IMG/VR virus record: IMGVR_UViG_3300048438_000153
Span: 124,001-188,000 of that record
Direction: 5' to 3' (one strand)
Length of the DNA stretch: 64,000 bases
The position numbers and the translations under genes are program-made. Shown one piece after another: positions 18,363 through 27,716 of the stretch; the first letter of the stretch is position 1; each line of letters starts with the position of its first letter. The notes below the pieces were generated by a model. It was not told where the DNA came from and did not search any database. It worked only from the letters and a program-made list of their open reading frames with translations.

Positions 18363-19259
18363 TCAAAGAAAGTTTCTCGGACTCAGAACACCCTTACCAA
18401 CATGAGGCCCGAACGCAGACCTGATACCAATGCCGTACTTCGGCTGAGAAAGACCTCTCATGAACTTGGTTGTTCTCGTTTTAGCTTCTACTGACATAGA
18501 CCACATCTGCTCCGCGCTTGACTTAAGACCTTCATATTTAGAAGATCGGTCAAGAGAAAGAGAAATACCGCCTATAGAGTAGTCGAACTCGTCTACAATC
18601 CAATTGGCTTGAAGCGCCATCGCCGCGAACTGAATCGCGCCCTGTAAGATAGGCGTTCTCCACGCGGGCTTCTGCTGAACTAGCTGTGAGAGATTCCTCA
18701 GATTTTCAGTCTCAGGTGGTTGCATATTCCACCAGTCTAACGCCCTCTCTAGGTACTCAAGAAACTCAGCATCCTCCCATACCTGACCGAACACCCTGTT
18801 GTACGCCCCAATACTAGACTCATGCTCAGGTGGCCTGAAGTGATAATACTTGTCAGGGTTCTGATCCCTCAGAAGAAGCCTGAGCTTATCTACCATTTCT
18901 TTCTCTGCTCGGTTCATCGTAGCCACGAGGGTAAGGTCATTCGAGACGATCTCGAACTCTTGAACCACTGTCTGAGGAGGACTGTTTACAAGCTCTTTCA
19001 ACGTCCACCTGATCCTGTAAGTGCCGTAGCTCGCTGTCGGAGGTATTCTTACACTCGCATAGTATTCCCCCACAGAAGGGTTCTCAGGTATACGCGTAGG
19101 ATCTCCAATTAAGACCTCAGCTTCAGGAGGTGTCGGGTCTACATAGTATAGTGCGTATGTGATCTCGGACGCATTTGAGACGTTCCCACTTGAGTTAGTG
19201 AGAAAGATGTCCAAGTCACCTCGACCAAGTATCTGATTTCTCTTAAACAAGACAGCCAT
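18363..19259 (-). CDS. Putative head-tail adaptor protein with N-terminal Ig-like domain
   Basis: Beta-rich N-half (GEYYAS...GTYRIRW); helical C-half (LRLLLRD...LEYLERALD...FDYSIGGISLSLDRS) like adaptor proteins. Confidence 0.55.
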   Translation of the reverse strand: MAVLFKRNQILGRGDLDIFLTNSSGNVSNASEITYALYYVDPTPPEAEVLIGDPTRIPENPSVGEYYASVRIPPTASYGTYRIRWTLKELVNSPPQTVVQEFEIVSNDLTLVATMNRAEKEMVDKLRLLLRDQNPDKYYHFRPPEHESSIGAYNRVFGQVWEDAEFLEYLERALDWWNMQPPETENLRNLSQLVQQKPAWRTPILQGAIQFAAMALQANWIVDEFDYSIGGISLSLDRSSKYEGLKSSAEQMWSMSVEAKTRTTKFMRGLSQPKYGIGIRSAFGPHVGKGVLSPRNFL

Positions 19260-19308
19260 CGCCAAACCCTCTCTTCCTATGTGTGAAAGAGAGAGTGATA
19301 TAAAGGCA

Positions 19309-19743
19309 TTATATGTCTAAGGGGTGACGGAAATCGTACTCTCGACTCTTAAGAGCCCTCAAGATGCTCACCACATCCTTGAAGCTCCATCTCACACCAC
19401 CTGAATCCTGAGCCGTCTCTTGTAAGTCAGGATAAGGTTTGAAGGTAGACAGGTCAATCGCTTGTATGTGTGTATCTCCCTGAGAAAGAGCCTTACACAC
19501 GCGATGACAACCATCCACGATCTCCCCATCCCAAATAAGAATAGGTCGGCTTAGGTCAGCGTCGAGACAACCGCCCAAGTGATCCGCGATGTGATCTTCA
19601 CCCCAAGACCAACCCTCTAAGAAAGAAGGGGGGATTCTCCACATCTGTGAGGGGAGGTCTTGGGAGAGCTGATGTAGACGCTCTACATACCAAACATCAT
19701 TCTTAGAAGGGTCATTCTTCGATCTCTGAGAGAACGTCTGCAT
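19309..19743 (-). CDS. ParB/Srx-like N-terminal domain protein
   Basis: ADLSRPILIWDGEIVDGCHRVCKAL. Confidence 0.65.
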   Translation of the reverse strand: MQTFSQRSKNDPSKNDVWYVERLHQLSQDLPSQMWRIPPSFLEGWSWGEDHIADHLGGCLDADLSRPILIWDGEIVDGCHRVCKALSQGDTHIQAIDLSTFKPYPDLQETAQDSGGVRWSFKDVVSILRALKSREYDFRHPLDI

Positions 19744-19755
19744 AAAGGTAGACTC

Positions 19756-21687
19756 CTAGTCATCAAGATAGTCGCCTAACCCTATATCATCTATGATCGT
19801 TAAGGAAGCCTCTTTCTGCTGAAGGGCAATCTCATCGAAGATGTCTAAATCTGAGGCTTTTTTCTGCTGAGATCTTTCCTTCTTTCTTTGGCGCTTCTTA
19901 TCCGCTCTCTCCTGACGCTTCTTTTTCTTAGAAGCATCCCCGTCCCCCCCCCAAGGGCTACGATTAATACCTAGAGTATTCTCAACAGTATTCCTCTTTC
20001 CAAAGAGTCGGCTAATAGCGCCCTCAGCATTAAAGTTGATGTTCATGTCCTTTTCGATTTCTTTAAGATTGTTCTCGACTTTAACAGGGGAAATCAAACC
20101 TTTGTCCATCGCGCCCTCATACTTCTTCCAAAGAATGTGAGACTTCTGATCCTTGATCTGAGTGTCCCTCCATTTCTTGAAAGCTGTCTCAACGTCTTTC
20201 TTAGTCCACACGTCGCAGTTCTGAGGATTTCTAGGTCTAATAGGTACTTTCTTACCTTTAGCATTAGTGCGTGTCCAACCCTCTGAATGAGGCTTACACG
20301 TCTCTCTCTTAATCTCCCCCACGCTAGGAATACGAGCCATCTTCAAGCTCGCGACCCTCGCGGGATTACCCCCTACTTTACGGATCGAGAAAGAACCATC
20401 GTCATCAAAGTGACTGATCCTCTTAACCTCGAAAGAACACACACCGCGCTCATCGAAGTCTTTATGGAAGCCTAGATACTCACAATCTTCAGGAATGAGA
20501 TAGAGGGAGATCTTTCTCTTATCGAAGTCATAGATGAGCTGAGAACTCGTGAACATATTATCTGTCCGACGCACCACGTTGCGAGGCGAGTTAAAGTCCT
20601 CAAACCTCTGAGCGTAGAGTCTCTCAATCAGCTCTTCGGGAGAAGATATCTGAGGGAGAAGGTCGAGCACTTTCTGAAGCCGAGCTTCAGAGCTTTTCTT
20701 GTTCTCGCCAAGTGTATAGCCCGCGTCAGGATACCTAAGACCGTGATTGGACATCGCGTGATGCTTGTCCTTTCCTGTGAGGTCAGTGATATACGCTTCA
20801 TGCTTAGCTGTATGCTCTATAGAAACAGCCTGTACGCCATCGCTAACAATCGTATGACCCCTGACCCCTCCCTCGTAAGCTAAGGCTGATTCAAGAGCAT
20901 CCTCGAACGTCCTACACTTGAGAGCATTGAGAATCCTAGAGGCATCTCTTGACCCGACAGCGCCTAAGTGACCATTTTCTTTCTTCTTCCCCTTAGATCC
21001 TTCTTTCTCATCCCACAGAACCATAAGCGCCGAGTTCGCGACGGCGATGCCGAACTCGTTGATGCCCTCTAGCCAACCTGTGTTCTCATCCCGAAAGAAA
21101 ACGACCTCTACACCTCCACGATGGGTGTGGAAGACCTTAAGCTGAGGAACGTAGTTTCTGTCCCTATTTTTGAACATGAACTTCTTCCCACCGACTTCAG
21201 AAAAAGCGATGACGCAAGATTGCTTTAACATATTTGCTCGACGGTACATACGCGCCTCTTTCTTGATATATTTTTCATTCCAAGATTCCCACTTGCTATG
21301 TTGTGGGCTAGATTTAAGTGAAGGGTCATGTCCCCAATTTTTAAGACTGATTTCCCACTTAGACATCCCCGTTTCCTCTACGGGCTGACCTGGTTTACCC
21401 CCTAGCATACGGGAGTTAAATCCTATCTCTTGTTTAGAGTTCACAAAATCGTCATCGGACCATTCAGAGAAAGGCTTACTCTTTCTGCGCTTGATGCGGT
21501 GAAAAGAGTCATACCCTGACTGAATCCCACCCTCTTCTTTCGCCTCTTGTCGATTGATAGAGGCGAGTAGGCGGTCTTCATCTTCCGCCCACGAATCAAG
21601 GGCTTTCTGACTCATATTGATGAGCCCATGCCACTTGTCGTAGACCTCTTTCTTCTCTTCTTCTGAAAGTGCTGAATACCTATACAT
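19756..21687 (-). CDS. Multi-module protein: DUF3140-like + Ntn-hydrolase (Cys nucleophile) + basic domain
   Basis: INMS...SLKNWGHDP (DUF3140-like); C158 VIA...FKNRDR...EGINEFGIAV...SNH (Ntn fold); KxA/RVA linkers. Confidence 0.7.
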   Translation of the reverse strand: MYRYSALSEEEKKEVYDKWHGLINMSQKALDSWAEDEDRLLASINRQEAKEEGGIQSGYDSFHRIKRRKSKPFSEWSDDDFVNSKQEIGFNSRMLGGKPGQPVEETGMSKWEISLKNWGHDPSLKSSPQHSKWESWNEKYIKKEARMYRRANMLKQSCVIAFSEVGGKKFMFKNRDRNYVPQLKVFHTHRGGVEVVFFRDENTGWLEGINEFGIAVANSALMVLWDEKEGSKGKKKENGHLGAVGSRDASRILNALKCRTFEDALESALAYEGGVRGHTIVSDGVQAVSIEHTAKHEAYITDLTGKDKHHAMSNHGLRYPDAGYTLGENKKSSEARLQKVLDLLPQISSPEELIERLYAQRFEDFNSPRNVVRRTDNMFTSSQLIYDFDKRKISLYLIPEDCEYLGFHKDFDERGVCSFEVKRISHFDDDGSFSIRKVGGNPARVASLKMARIPSVGEIKRETCKPHSEGWTRTNAKGKKVPIRPRNPQNCDVWTKKDVETAFKKWRDTQIKDQKSHILWKKYEGAMDKGLISPVKVENNLKEIEKDMNINFNAEGAISRLFGKRNTVENTLGINRSPWGGDGDASKKKKRQERADKKRQRKKERSQQKKASDLDIFDEIALQQKEASLTIIDDIGLGDYLDD

Positions 21688-21729
21688 ACTGCGCTCCTAA
21701 TCTTTATCTACTAGAAAGAGATAAAGCGT

Positions 21730-22482
21730 TTACCAACGATATCTCAAGAGGAGCTTTGTTTCAGAGTCATCCACCTGAATATCAGTAGGAGGGCGCGAGT
21801 CATAAGAATAGCTGAAAGTAGGCACTAGAGAGAGCTTCCCAATCACAGACACCTCAAGCTGACCGATAGCGATGATCCGATAGTCTGAGAGTAGCCCCAC
21901 TTTCGGCTGATAGTAGCCTGTGAGGGAGATCTTGACCTTCTTATCCATGAGCGCCTCTGAGAGAGACGCATAAGAAGTGTATCTAGCAGTGAACCCCTCT
22001 CCACCCCCATCCTTGAGTTTTTCGTAGTCAGACATTGCACCTAAGCCGAGCGCCACTTGACCGTCAAACAAGGGAGAAACAAAACGAATATAACCGCCCT
22101 CAAGCTGACGTAAGACTAAATCCTTGAAAGAGTCGTACTGACTCTGCACGAACAGGTCTGTACCTACCCAACCACCCCACATCGAAGTCCATCTCAAGTG
22201 AGCGAAAGCCTGATCTTTGAAAAGCTCGTCACGGCTCTCCCCTCTCGTACCCTCTAGGACGAGAAAGAAGTGGTTGTAGGAGCGAACGTAGTCTGTTCTA
22301 CTCTTTAAGAAATAAGACAGGGTGTCGTTGTTTCCTGAGAGTCTCTCGAAGCCTAAGTCTACGCGTCCTGTAAACCCTTGCTTGGCTTCGCCTCTCGTAT
22401 CTTCTATGTTGACCTGAGCATGGGCGTCAAAAGCATAGAAGCAGATCATTAGGGACAGTAAGATTTTTCTCATAGGCCACAC
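21730..22482 (-). CDS. Outer-membrane beta-barrel protein, DUF481/YdiY-like
   Basis: Signal peptide (..AHA|Q), SGNNDT motif, amphipathic strands, C-terminal LRYRW. Confidence 0.75.
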   Translation of the reverse strand: MWPMRKILLSLMICFYAFDAHAQVNIEDTRGEAKQGFTGRVDLGFERLSGNNDTLSYFLKSRTDYVRSYNHFFLVLEGTRGESRDELFKDQAFAHLRWTSMWGGWVGTDLFVQSQYDSFKDLVLRQLEGGYIRFVSPLFDGQVALGLGAMSDYEKLKDGGGEGFTARYTSYASLSEALMDKKVKISLTGYYQPKVGLLSDYRIIAIGQLEVSVIGKLSLVPTFSYSYDSRPPTDIQVDDSETKLLLRYRW

Positions 22483-22532
22483 GGTTTTTCTTTCTCTAGT
22501 TAATATCCTAAGAGAAAGAAACTATAAATGAC

Positions 22533-22769
22533 TTACGAGTCTGTCCTCGTCATGTAAGTGAGACTTTTCATGTTCCTGATCTCATCGACAAAAGAGAGCG
22601 CAGGGATCTTGGCAGTCCTGTTGAAATACTCTCTCTTAAGATCCCTAATCATATCGCTCTTCTCAAAGAGAAAGAAAACCTTTTGACCTTCTCTCTCCGC
22701 GCCTATGAACCGAACTCCTGCGGTCTTAAGATAAGCTGAGAAATAGAGGTCGGAGGTCTTGTACTTCAT
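22533..22769 (-). CDS. DUF5659-like small protein
   Basis: YKTSDLYFSAYL..G.....KVFFLF pattern. Confidence 0.6.
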   Translation of the reverse strand: MKYKTSDLYFSAYLKTAGVRFIGAEREGQKVFFLFEKSDMIRDLKREYFNRTAKIPALSFVDEIRNMKSLTYMTRTDS

Positions 22770-22990
22770 TAGGACTTGATCTCCAAGATTAGGTCTTGAG
22801 CCTTTCGGACTCCTCGATCATCTGAGGGGATAATGACGAGCTTCCCTTTCTTATCCCACTTGGCGACCAAAGGGAGCTTGCCCCACTTCGCTGTGAGACA
22901 TTCCCCATCAGAAACGAGAACTCGACCATCGTAAGATTTATTATCGAGGAAAGCTCTCACCGCCTTCTTGTCCTGTAAAGCTATCTTCAA
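22769..22990 (-). CDS. Small hypothetical protein
   Basis: 73-aa ORF overlapping its neighbours at start and stop. Confidence 0.6.
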   Translation of the reverse strand: MKIALQDKKAVRAFLDNKSYDGRVLVSDGECLTAKWGKLPLVAKWDKKGKLVIIPSDDRGVRKAQDLILEIKS

Positions 22991-23277
22991 AAGAAATACT
23001 CCTGTGTTTGATTTATTCTCTTTTGTGCTATCTTAAAATAATCTTCGTGAATCTCCGACCCTATGTATTTCCTATTCATTTCTTTAGCGACCTTGGCTGT
23101 AGTTCCACTCCCTAAGAATGGATCGTAAACTACGTCTCCCTCGTTAGACCAAGAAATGATGTGGTCGTGAGCTAGGTTTTCGGGGAATGTGGCTGAGTGC
23201 TTATACGCAATACTGTCAGAATGACCATACCCACCCCCTACAATAAATCTCCAAATATTAAACCTACGGCCAACCAT
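22987..23277 (-). pseudogene. C-terminal fragment of a beta-class N4/N6 DNA methyltransferase
   Basis: HSATFP..L..VYDPFLGSGTT (SAM-binding motif). No catalytic (S/D)PPY; in-frame TGA 24 codons upstream; AT-richer than flanks. Confidence 0.7.
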
Positions 23278-23385
23278 TTTTGGACCTAAGTTTTTGTCGC
23301 CTCTTGGAAGATTTCTGCTGTTAGCACTTTCACTTCTGCAAGAGGTTCAAAAGGTAGCCACGAAGCACCTTGCTCTAAACCTTTC

Positions 23386-24060
23386 TTAGAGTACGTTACC
23401 TGATCCATCGTAGACTACTACGAGTGGGTCAAGTGTTGTACCGCTAACAGGGTCGATTCTAACACTCTTAGCTTTAGAAAGTGCTCCCCTAGCAAGAGAA
23501 AGATAAAAGCTAGAGTCGCTCTCATCAATCGCCTTAAAGACAGTCGTATCAAAAAAGCTGATTGTAGGGAGTGTGAGACCGGGATCAGCATCGAAGATGT
23601 GACCCGTAGGGACAGTGTAGGACGCACCGCTAAGAATAGAAAGGATCTCAGCAGTAGTGGTGCTCGCGTTGTTACCCTCGATCTCGACATTAGGAAGGTT
23701 GAGATCACCTAGACCACCACCCTGAATCAGACCGTTGATCGTAGCCAAATCTAGCGCAAGACCATCCCTCATGCGAGAGATGTAGAGGTCAGCGATACGA
23801 GAGGCATCAGTGACGCTCAGAATGTCTGCATTGTCATCTTGGTTGACGAGGATGTAAGCAGTAAGACCGCTCACCTCTCTCGCGATAGTCAAGCCGTCCA
23901 CTACAGGAGTAGTGTTCACAGGCTGACGAAGGTAACGAGGACCTTGCGCTACAGGATCAACAACAGGGTTGAGCTGTGAGCGGTTAGGGAAGAGGTCTAC
24001 AATCTGAAAGACGTTGTTAGGGATCGTCACATCCCTCATGCAAATAACAGGACTAGCCAT
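23386..24060 (-). CDS. Putative virion structural protein, paralog 1 of 3
   Basis: Shares QI.DLFP..SQ.N..P..GP.Y.R and a C-terminal VVY..xG motif with the next two genes; acidic, Lys-poor. Confidence 0.6.
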   Translation of the reverse strand: MASPVICMRDVTIPNNVFQIVDLFPNRSQLNPVVDPVAQGPRYLRQPVNTTPVVDGLTIAREVSGLTAYILVNQDDNADILSVTDASRIADLYISRMRDGLALDLATINGLIQGGGLGDLNLPNVEIEGNNASTTTAEILSILSGASYTVPTGHIFDADPGLTLPTISFFDTTVFKAIDESDSSFYLSLARGALSKAKSVRIDPVSGTTLDPLVVVYDGSGNVL

Positions 24061-24078
24061 GTCTATTTTCTCCTATTC

Positions 24079-24777
24079 TTACTGAAGGATGAGTGTGCCG
24101 TCGTTGTTATACGCAACGAGGACAGGTGTAGGACTACCCACTGAGTCAGTCTTAGACTGAGCAACAGAGATTTGACCCTGACGAGATGAGATGAAGAAGC
24201 TACCGTCGTTGCTAGAAATATCCTTCACGCCCGTAGGGATTGTAAAGAAAGCATTGACTACGTTAGGGATGAAAGCATCTCCGTTATTCTCATCACCGAC
24301 GTCTGTGTTGGTAGGGAGAGTGAAGATACGAGTCTCAGAAACAATCTGAAGGATCTGCTCAACAGTCGCAGTAGTAGCGCCGTTACCGATGCCGACAGCC
24401 CCTCCTGTGACAGCCTGAATAGCTGTGTTGATCCCTGTAGCGTCGAGAGCCTCTACGCTAGCAACCCTATCGAGAATACTCTGAGCGATAGTGTCAGCCT
24501 GAACAGGCGTAAGTGCGATGTCTCCCGCGTTGCTGTTCTCTACGGTAGCTACGAGATAAGCAGAAAGACCACTCACCTCTTTTTGGACTACAAAAGTAGC
24601 GTCAAGAGAAACAGTCTGAATGAGGTCTCCCGTCCAAGGAGCTCGGAAATAGCGAGGGCCTTGAAAACGAGGTGTGAGAACCGCGTTTGACTGAGACTTG
24701 TGTGGGAAAAGATCAGTAATCTGAACGAGTACTTCATCGGTGCTGTTGGTCACAGCGGGCATACAAATAAAAGGCAT
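24079..24777 (-). CDS. Putative virion structural protein, paralog 2 of 3
   Basis: QITDLFPHKSQSN...QGPRYFR; SGLSAYL. Confidence 0.6.
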   Translation of the reverse strand: MPFICMPAVTNSTDEVLVQITDLFPHKSQSNAVLTPRFQGPRYFRAPWTGDLIQTVSLDATFVVQKEVSGLSAYLVATVENSNAGDIALTPVQADTIAQSILDRVASVEALDATGINTAIQAVTGGAVGIGNGATTATVEQILQIVSETRIFTLPTNTDVGDENNGDAFIPNVVNAFFTIPTGVKDISSNDGSFFISSRQGQISVAQSKTDSVGSPTPVLVAYNNDGTLILQ

Positions 24778-24789
24778 TTTAGACTCCTA

Positions 24790-25494
24790 TTAAGCGAACA
24801 GACTTCCGTCTGAGAGATAGATAGTGACGATAGGGTCTGCGGTCAAAACGCCCGCAAAGCCCCTATCAGCATCCTGAGCTGACGCAAACCCTGCAAGCGC
24901 ACCCTCTTCAGCAGAAATCGCCCAAGAAGAGTCGCCGTTCACAGGGTGACGCACGTCATTCTGAAAGCGAGCGTCTGTGTTCACGTCAGGGATGAAAGCG
25001 CCTGCTTGCTCGACCACAGAGCCGACCGTAACGAGATAAGTCTCGCCCGCCAAAACACGGAGAAGGTTCTCGACTGAACCTGTTGAGAGGTTAGCAGTAA
25101 GAGTCGCTCCCACAGCAACACCGCCGATGATCGCATCGACCGCAACAAGATCAAGAGCGCCACCTGTGCGAATCTCAGAAACCATGAGGCTTGCAATCTC
25201 TCTCGCTTCAGAAAGAGTAAGCGCGGGGCCGTTATTACCTACTTGAATGTTGTTCAAGAGGTAAGCAACAAGACCCTTTGAGTCACGAGCGAAAGAAATA
25301 ACACCCGCCGCAGTTGCGAGCTGAGCGCGGAAAGCGCCTCTAAAGCCCAAGTCAAGCTGACGGACGTAAATAGGTCCTGATGCGGGAGGGTCGATAGAGG
25401 TGTTCCTCTGACTCTCGTTAGGCGAAAGGTCAGTCACCATAACTGATCCATTCTGAACTTCTTTTCTGCGAGCTACCAAGTAAACCTGTGGCAT
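24790..25494 (-). CDS. Putative virion structural protein, paralog 3 of 3
   Basis: VTDLSPNESQRN...SGPIYVR; KGLVAYL. Confidence 0.6.
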   Translation of the reverse strand: MPQVYLVARRKEVQNGSVMVTDLSPNESQRNTSIDPPASGPIYVRQLDLGFRGAFRAQLATAAGVISFARDSKGLVAYLLNNIQVGNNGPALTLSEAREIASLMVSEIRTGGALDLVAVDAIIGGVAVGATLTANLSTGSVENLLRVLAGETYLVTVGSVVEQAGAFIPDVNTDARFQNDVRHPVNGDSSWAISAEEGALAGFASAQDADRGFAGVLTADPIVTIYLSDGSLFA

Positions 25495-25553
25495 AACATT
25501 TTCTCCTTTGGGAAAGAACTGAGTCTGAAAGTGGAGTCACATAAAGGAATTAT

Positions 25554-26282
25554 TTAGCCTCTATTGATAATCCCACATCGAATCGAGAATAGGGGCGTAC
25601 CTCCATCAGAGCCTACGAACACTTCAGGCACAGACACGCCTGTAAGAGAAAGCTCTTCCCCCGGCCTCAACATCGAAGGACTCATCCCCGCAGAAAGAGA
25701 GAAAAAGATGTTCTGCCCTCCCTGCGCCTGAGAAAAGTTCTTAATGTTAAAAGTACCGCTAAAGTAAGGGAGGTGGAGGTTGAGCGCGCCAGCTCCTAAT
25801 GCATCAGGGATCACACCGTTAGTATCTAAGTCAGGCACATTCCCAATCGTAGTGAAATAAGGCACTGTCACGCCGAAGAAATCATACGGAGGCACGACTA
25901 CAATAGGTCCGAACGCTGTGGTTGACCCATCAGACAAGACACCCCTTAGTCTGAGGTAAGCAACGTCGCTATCAGGGGGAGTCCTCGTCTGACCCGCCTG
26001 TGGGACAGAGGCGAAGTCATCGAAGTTGAAAAGAAAACGAGTCTGATCCCTCTTCGTATCTTCCTGACCCCTGATCCGCGCTTGGCGGAGAGATTTAGAG
26101 ACAAAGCTTCTACCTGTCCTTACGGAGAACATCAGAGATGGGTTCAAGAAAGCATCATTTAAGTTGCTTGCGCCATGAACCTCAACATCTGTGATGTTCC
26201 TAAGAATGGTGTTGCTAACGGACATATCAACTACGTTCTTTGAACGATAGTTAAGGCTAGGTAGTAATCGACCTCTAGACAT
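25554..26282 (-). CDS. Hypothetical beta-rich protein (possibly structural)
   Basis: 242-aa ORF within the late-gene run. Confidence 0.6.
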   Translation of the reverse strand: MSRGRLLPSLNYRSKNVVDMSVSNTILRNITDVEVHGASNLNDAFLNPSLMFSVRTGRSFVSKSLRQARIRGQEDTKRDQTRFLFNFDDFASVPQAGQTRTPPDSDVAYLRLRGVLSDGSTTAFGPIVVVPPYDFFGVTVPYFTTIGNVPDLDTNGVIPDALGAGALNLHLPYFSGTFNIKNFSQAQGGQNIFFSLSAGMSPSMLRPGEELSLTGVSVPEVFVGSDGGTPLFSIRCGIINRG

Positions 26283-26285
26283 GGG

Positions 26286-26672
26286 TCACTTCGCTTTCTT
26301 TTCTTTCTCGACCATAGGGGCGTAAGAATCAGTGTTCTTACCCTTAGATTTAGCGAGCTTCTGTGCGTCTGACCACGAGCCCACGCGCTCGCCATCTACG
26401 TTAGGGGCGAGCCGACCACCTACATTAGTGTCTCTCTTCATCTCGTTCTGACGTTGATCGAGCTTCGCGTTCTTTGCTCTCATCTGTTTCTTGATGCGCT
26501 CATTCTTAGTAGACCAACCGTCACCCTTGAAGATCATGTTCGTGGTCGGCTTGAAGAGCTTGAAGGTTTCTTTCCCACACTCAGGACAGGGCTGTGGGGT
26601 CTTGTACTCAGACATAGGTACTTGGCAAGAATACTCAGTGTTGCAGTCAGAACATTTGTAGTCGTAGATCAT
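26286..26672 (-). CDS. FmdB-family zinc-ribbon protein
   Basis: YDYKCSDC...CPECG...FKGDGW. Confidence 0.8.
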   Translation of the reverse strand: MIYDYKCSDCNTEYSCQVPMSEYKTPQPCPECGKETFKLFKPTTNMIFKGDGWSTKNERIKKQMRAKNAKLDQRQNEMKRDTNVGGRLAPNVDGERVGSWSDAQKLAKSKGKNTDSYAPMVEKEKKAK

Positions 26673-26689
26673 GGTTCTCTCTCTTTCTC

Positions 26690-27070
26690 TTAGAAGAAGT
26701 CTCTCAAGACGGCATAGACGTGCTTACACACTTTATGACTACCTTGAGGGTCGCGCTTAGTGGGTTCTTCTGCTGACCCTCTAGGTGTACCAAAAAGATA
26801 ATCATTCTTAAGTGCATGGAACTCACATCCTTGATACCGCCAATAAGAGCAAGTACAAGAAAGAAAGAGGTCGGGCGATGATGAGTCACCCTTTGCATCT
26901 ACAGTGACCTCATACTTATCTACAGTGAAAGTAAGGGGCTCTTTATAGACCTTCTGCTCAAACTCTGAAATCACAGCAGAGATAGACTGAGCTTTAGATA
27001 CGACAGAAGAGTCCAAACCCTCAAGGATCTGACTCTTCTGAGCTGATGTTTTAAATCGTAGGCTATTCAT
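26690..27070 (-). CDS. SWIM-type zinc finger protein
   Basis: SCTCSYWRYQG...VCKHVYAVL. Confidence 0.7.
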   Translation of the reverse strand: MNSLRFKTSAQKSQILEGLDSSVVSKAQSISAVISEFEQKVYKEPLTFTVDKYEVTVDAKGDSSSPDLFLSCTCSYWRYQGCEFHALKNDYLFGTPRGSAEEPTKRDPQGSHKVCKHVYAVLRDFF

Positions 27071-27276
27071 TTATCTAGTCTCCCTATCTCTAGTAAGAAA
27101 GACTAGATAGAAAGACTATCGCTTCGAGTCGTCTTTGTAGGACTTATAAGCCCCTACAAAGAAGAGAGAGTAGGTCATCAAGGTGGCGGAAGATAAGAGT
27201 ATTTCGATAAATCCCATTAGGATGTCTCCTGTTAATATATGTGTTTGCGTGAGGCTTTAGCAAAGGAGACAGCCTA

Positions 27277-27705
27277 ATGCAAACTTTCGTGCCGTATGCG
27301 AGTATAAAAAAATCCGCTGAATCGCTTGACCGCGCTAGATTAGGAAAACAGCGTTCTGAATCGAAGATTATCCTACAAGTCTTAGAGAGAAGGAAGCGGT
27401 CACCCGACGAGAAGTTCGGATGGAAAAACCATCCCGCAGTCCTCATGTGGGAGGGTCACGAAGACTTTCTCCGCGCCTACTCCCTAGCGATCTGCTTAGA
27501 ATGGCGTAAGAGGGGCTATAAGGACACAACCCTCCCCTTCTTCTTAGAGGGGGTCAAACCCAACCCTCAGCCCCCATCTTGGTGGGGAGATGAGAAAGTT
27601 CACGAGTCTCACCGCTCAAAGTTGATTGCAAAATTACCCGATCACTACGAGAATATATTTACTAAGACTCTTCGAGGCTTAGACTACCATTGGCCTACAC
27701 CATAA
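27277..27705 (+). CDS. Pyrimidine-dimer DNA glycosylase-like (MSMEG_6728/DenV-related) protein
   Basis: MQTFVPY...LD..RLGKQR.E...HPAVLMWEGH...PSWWG...HESHRSKL. Confidence 0.8.
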   Translation: MQTFVPYASIKKSAESLDRARLGKQRSESKIILQVLERRKRSPDEKFGWKNHPAVLMWEGHEDFLRAYSLAICLEWRKRGYKDTTLPFFLEGVKPNPQPPSWWGDEKVHESHRSKLIAKLPDHYENIFTKTLRGLDYHWPTP

Positions 27706-27716
27706 GGAGGAGATAA

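Larger units (their letters stand above)
17553..18366. repeat. 148-bp direct repeat (promoter + RBS + 30-codon leader), copies at 17553-17700 and 18219-18366
   Basis: Manual alignment at offset 666 gives ~3 mismatches. Confidence 0.92.

Noticed and set aside
26280-26288. Second in-frame TGA-NNN-ATG junction
   Set aside because: No functional precedent for this gene pair; expected by chance in a compact genome.
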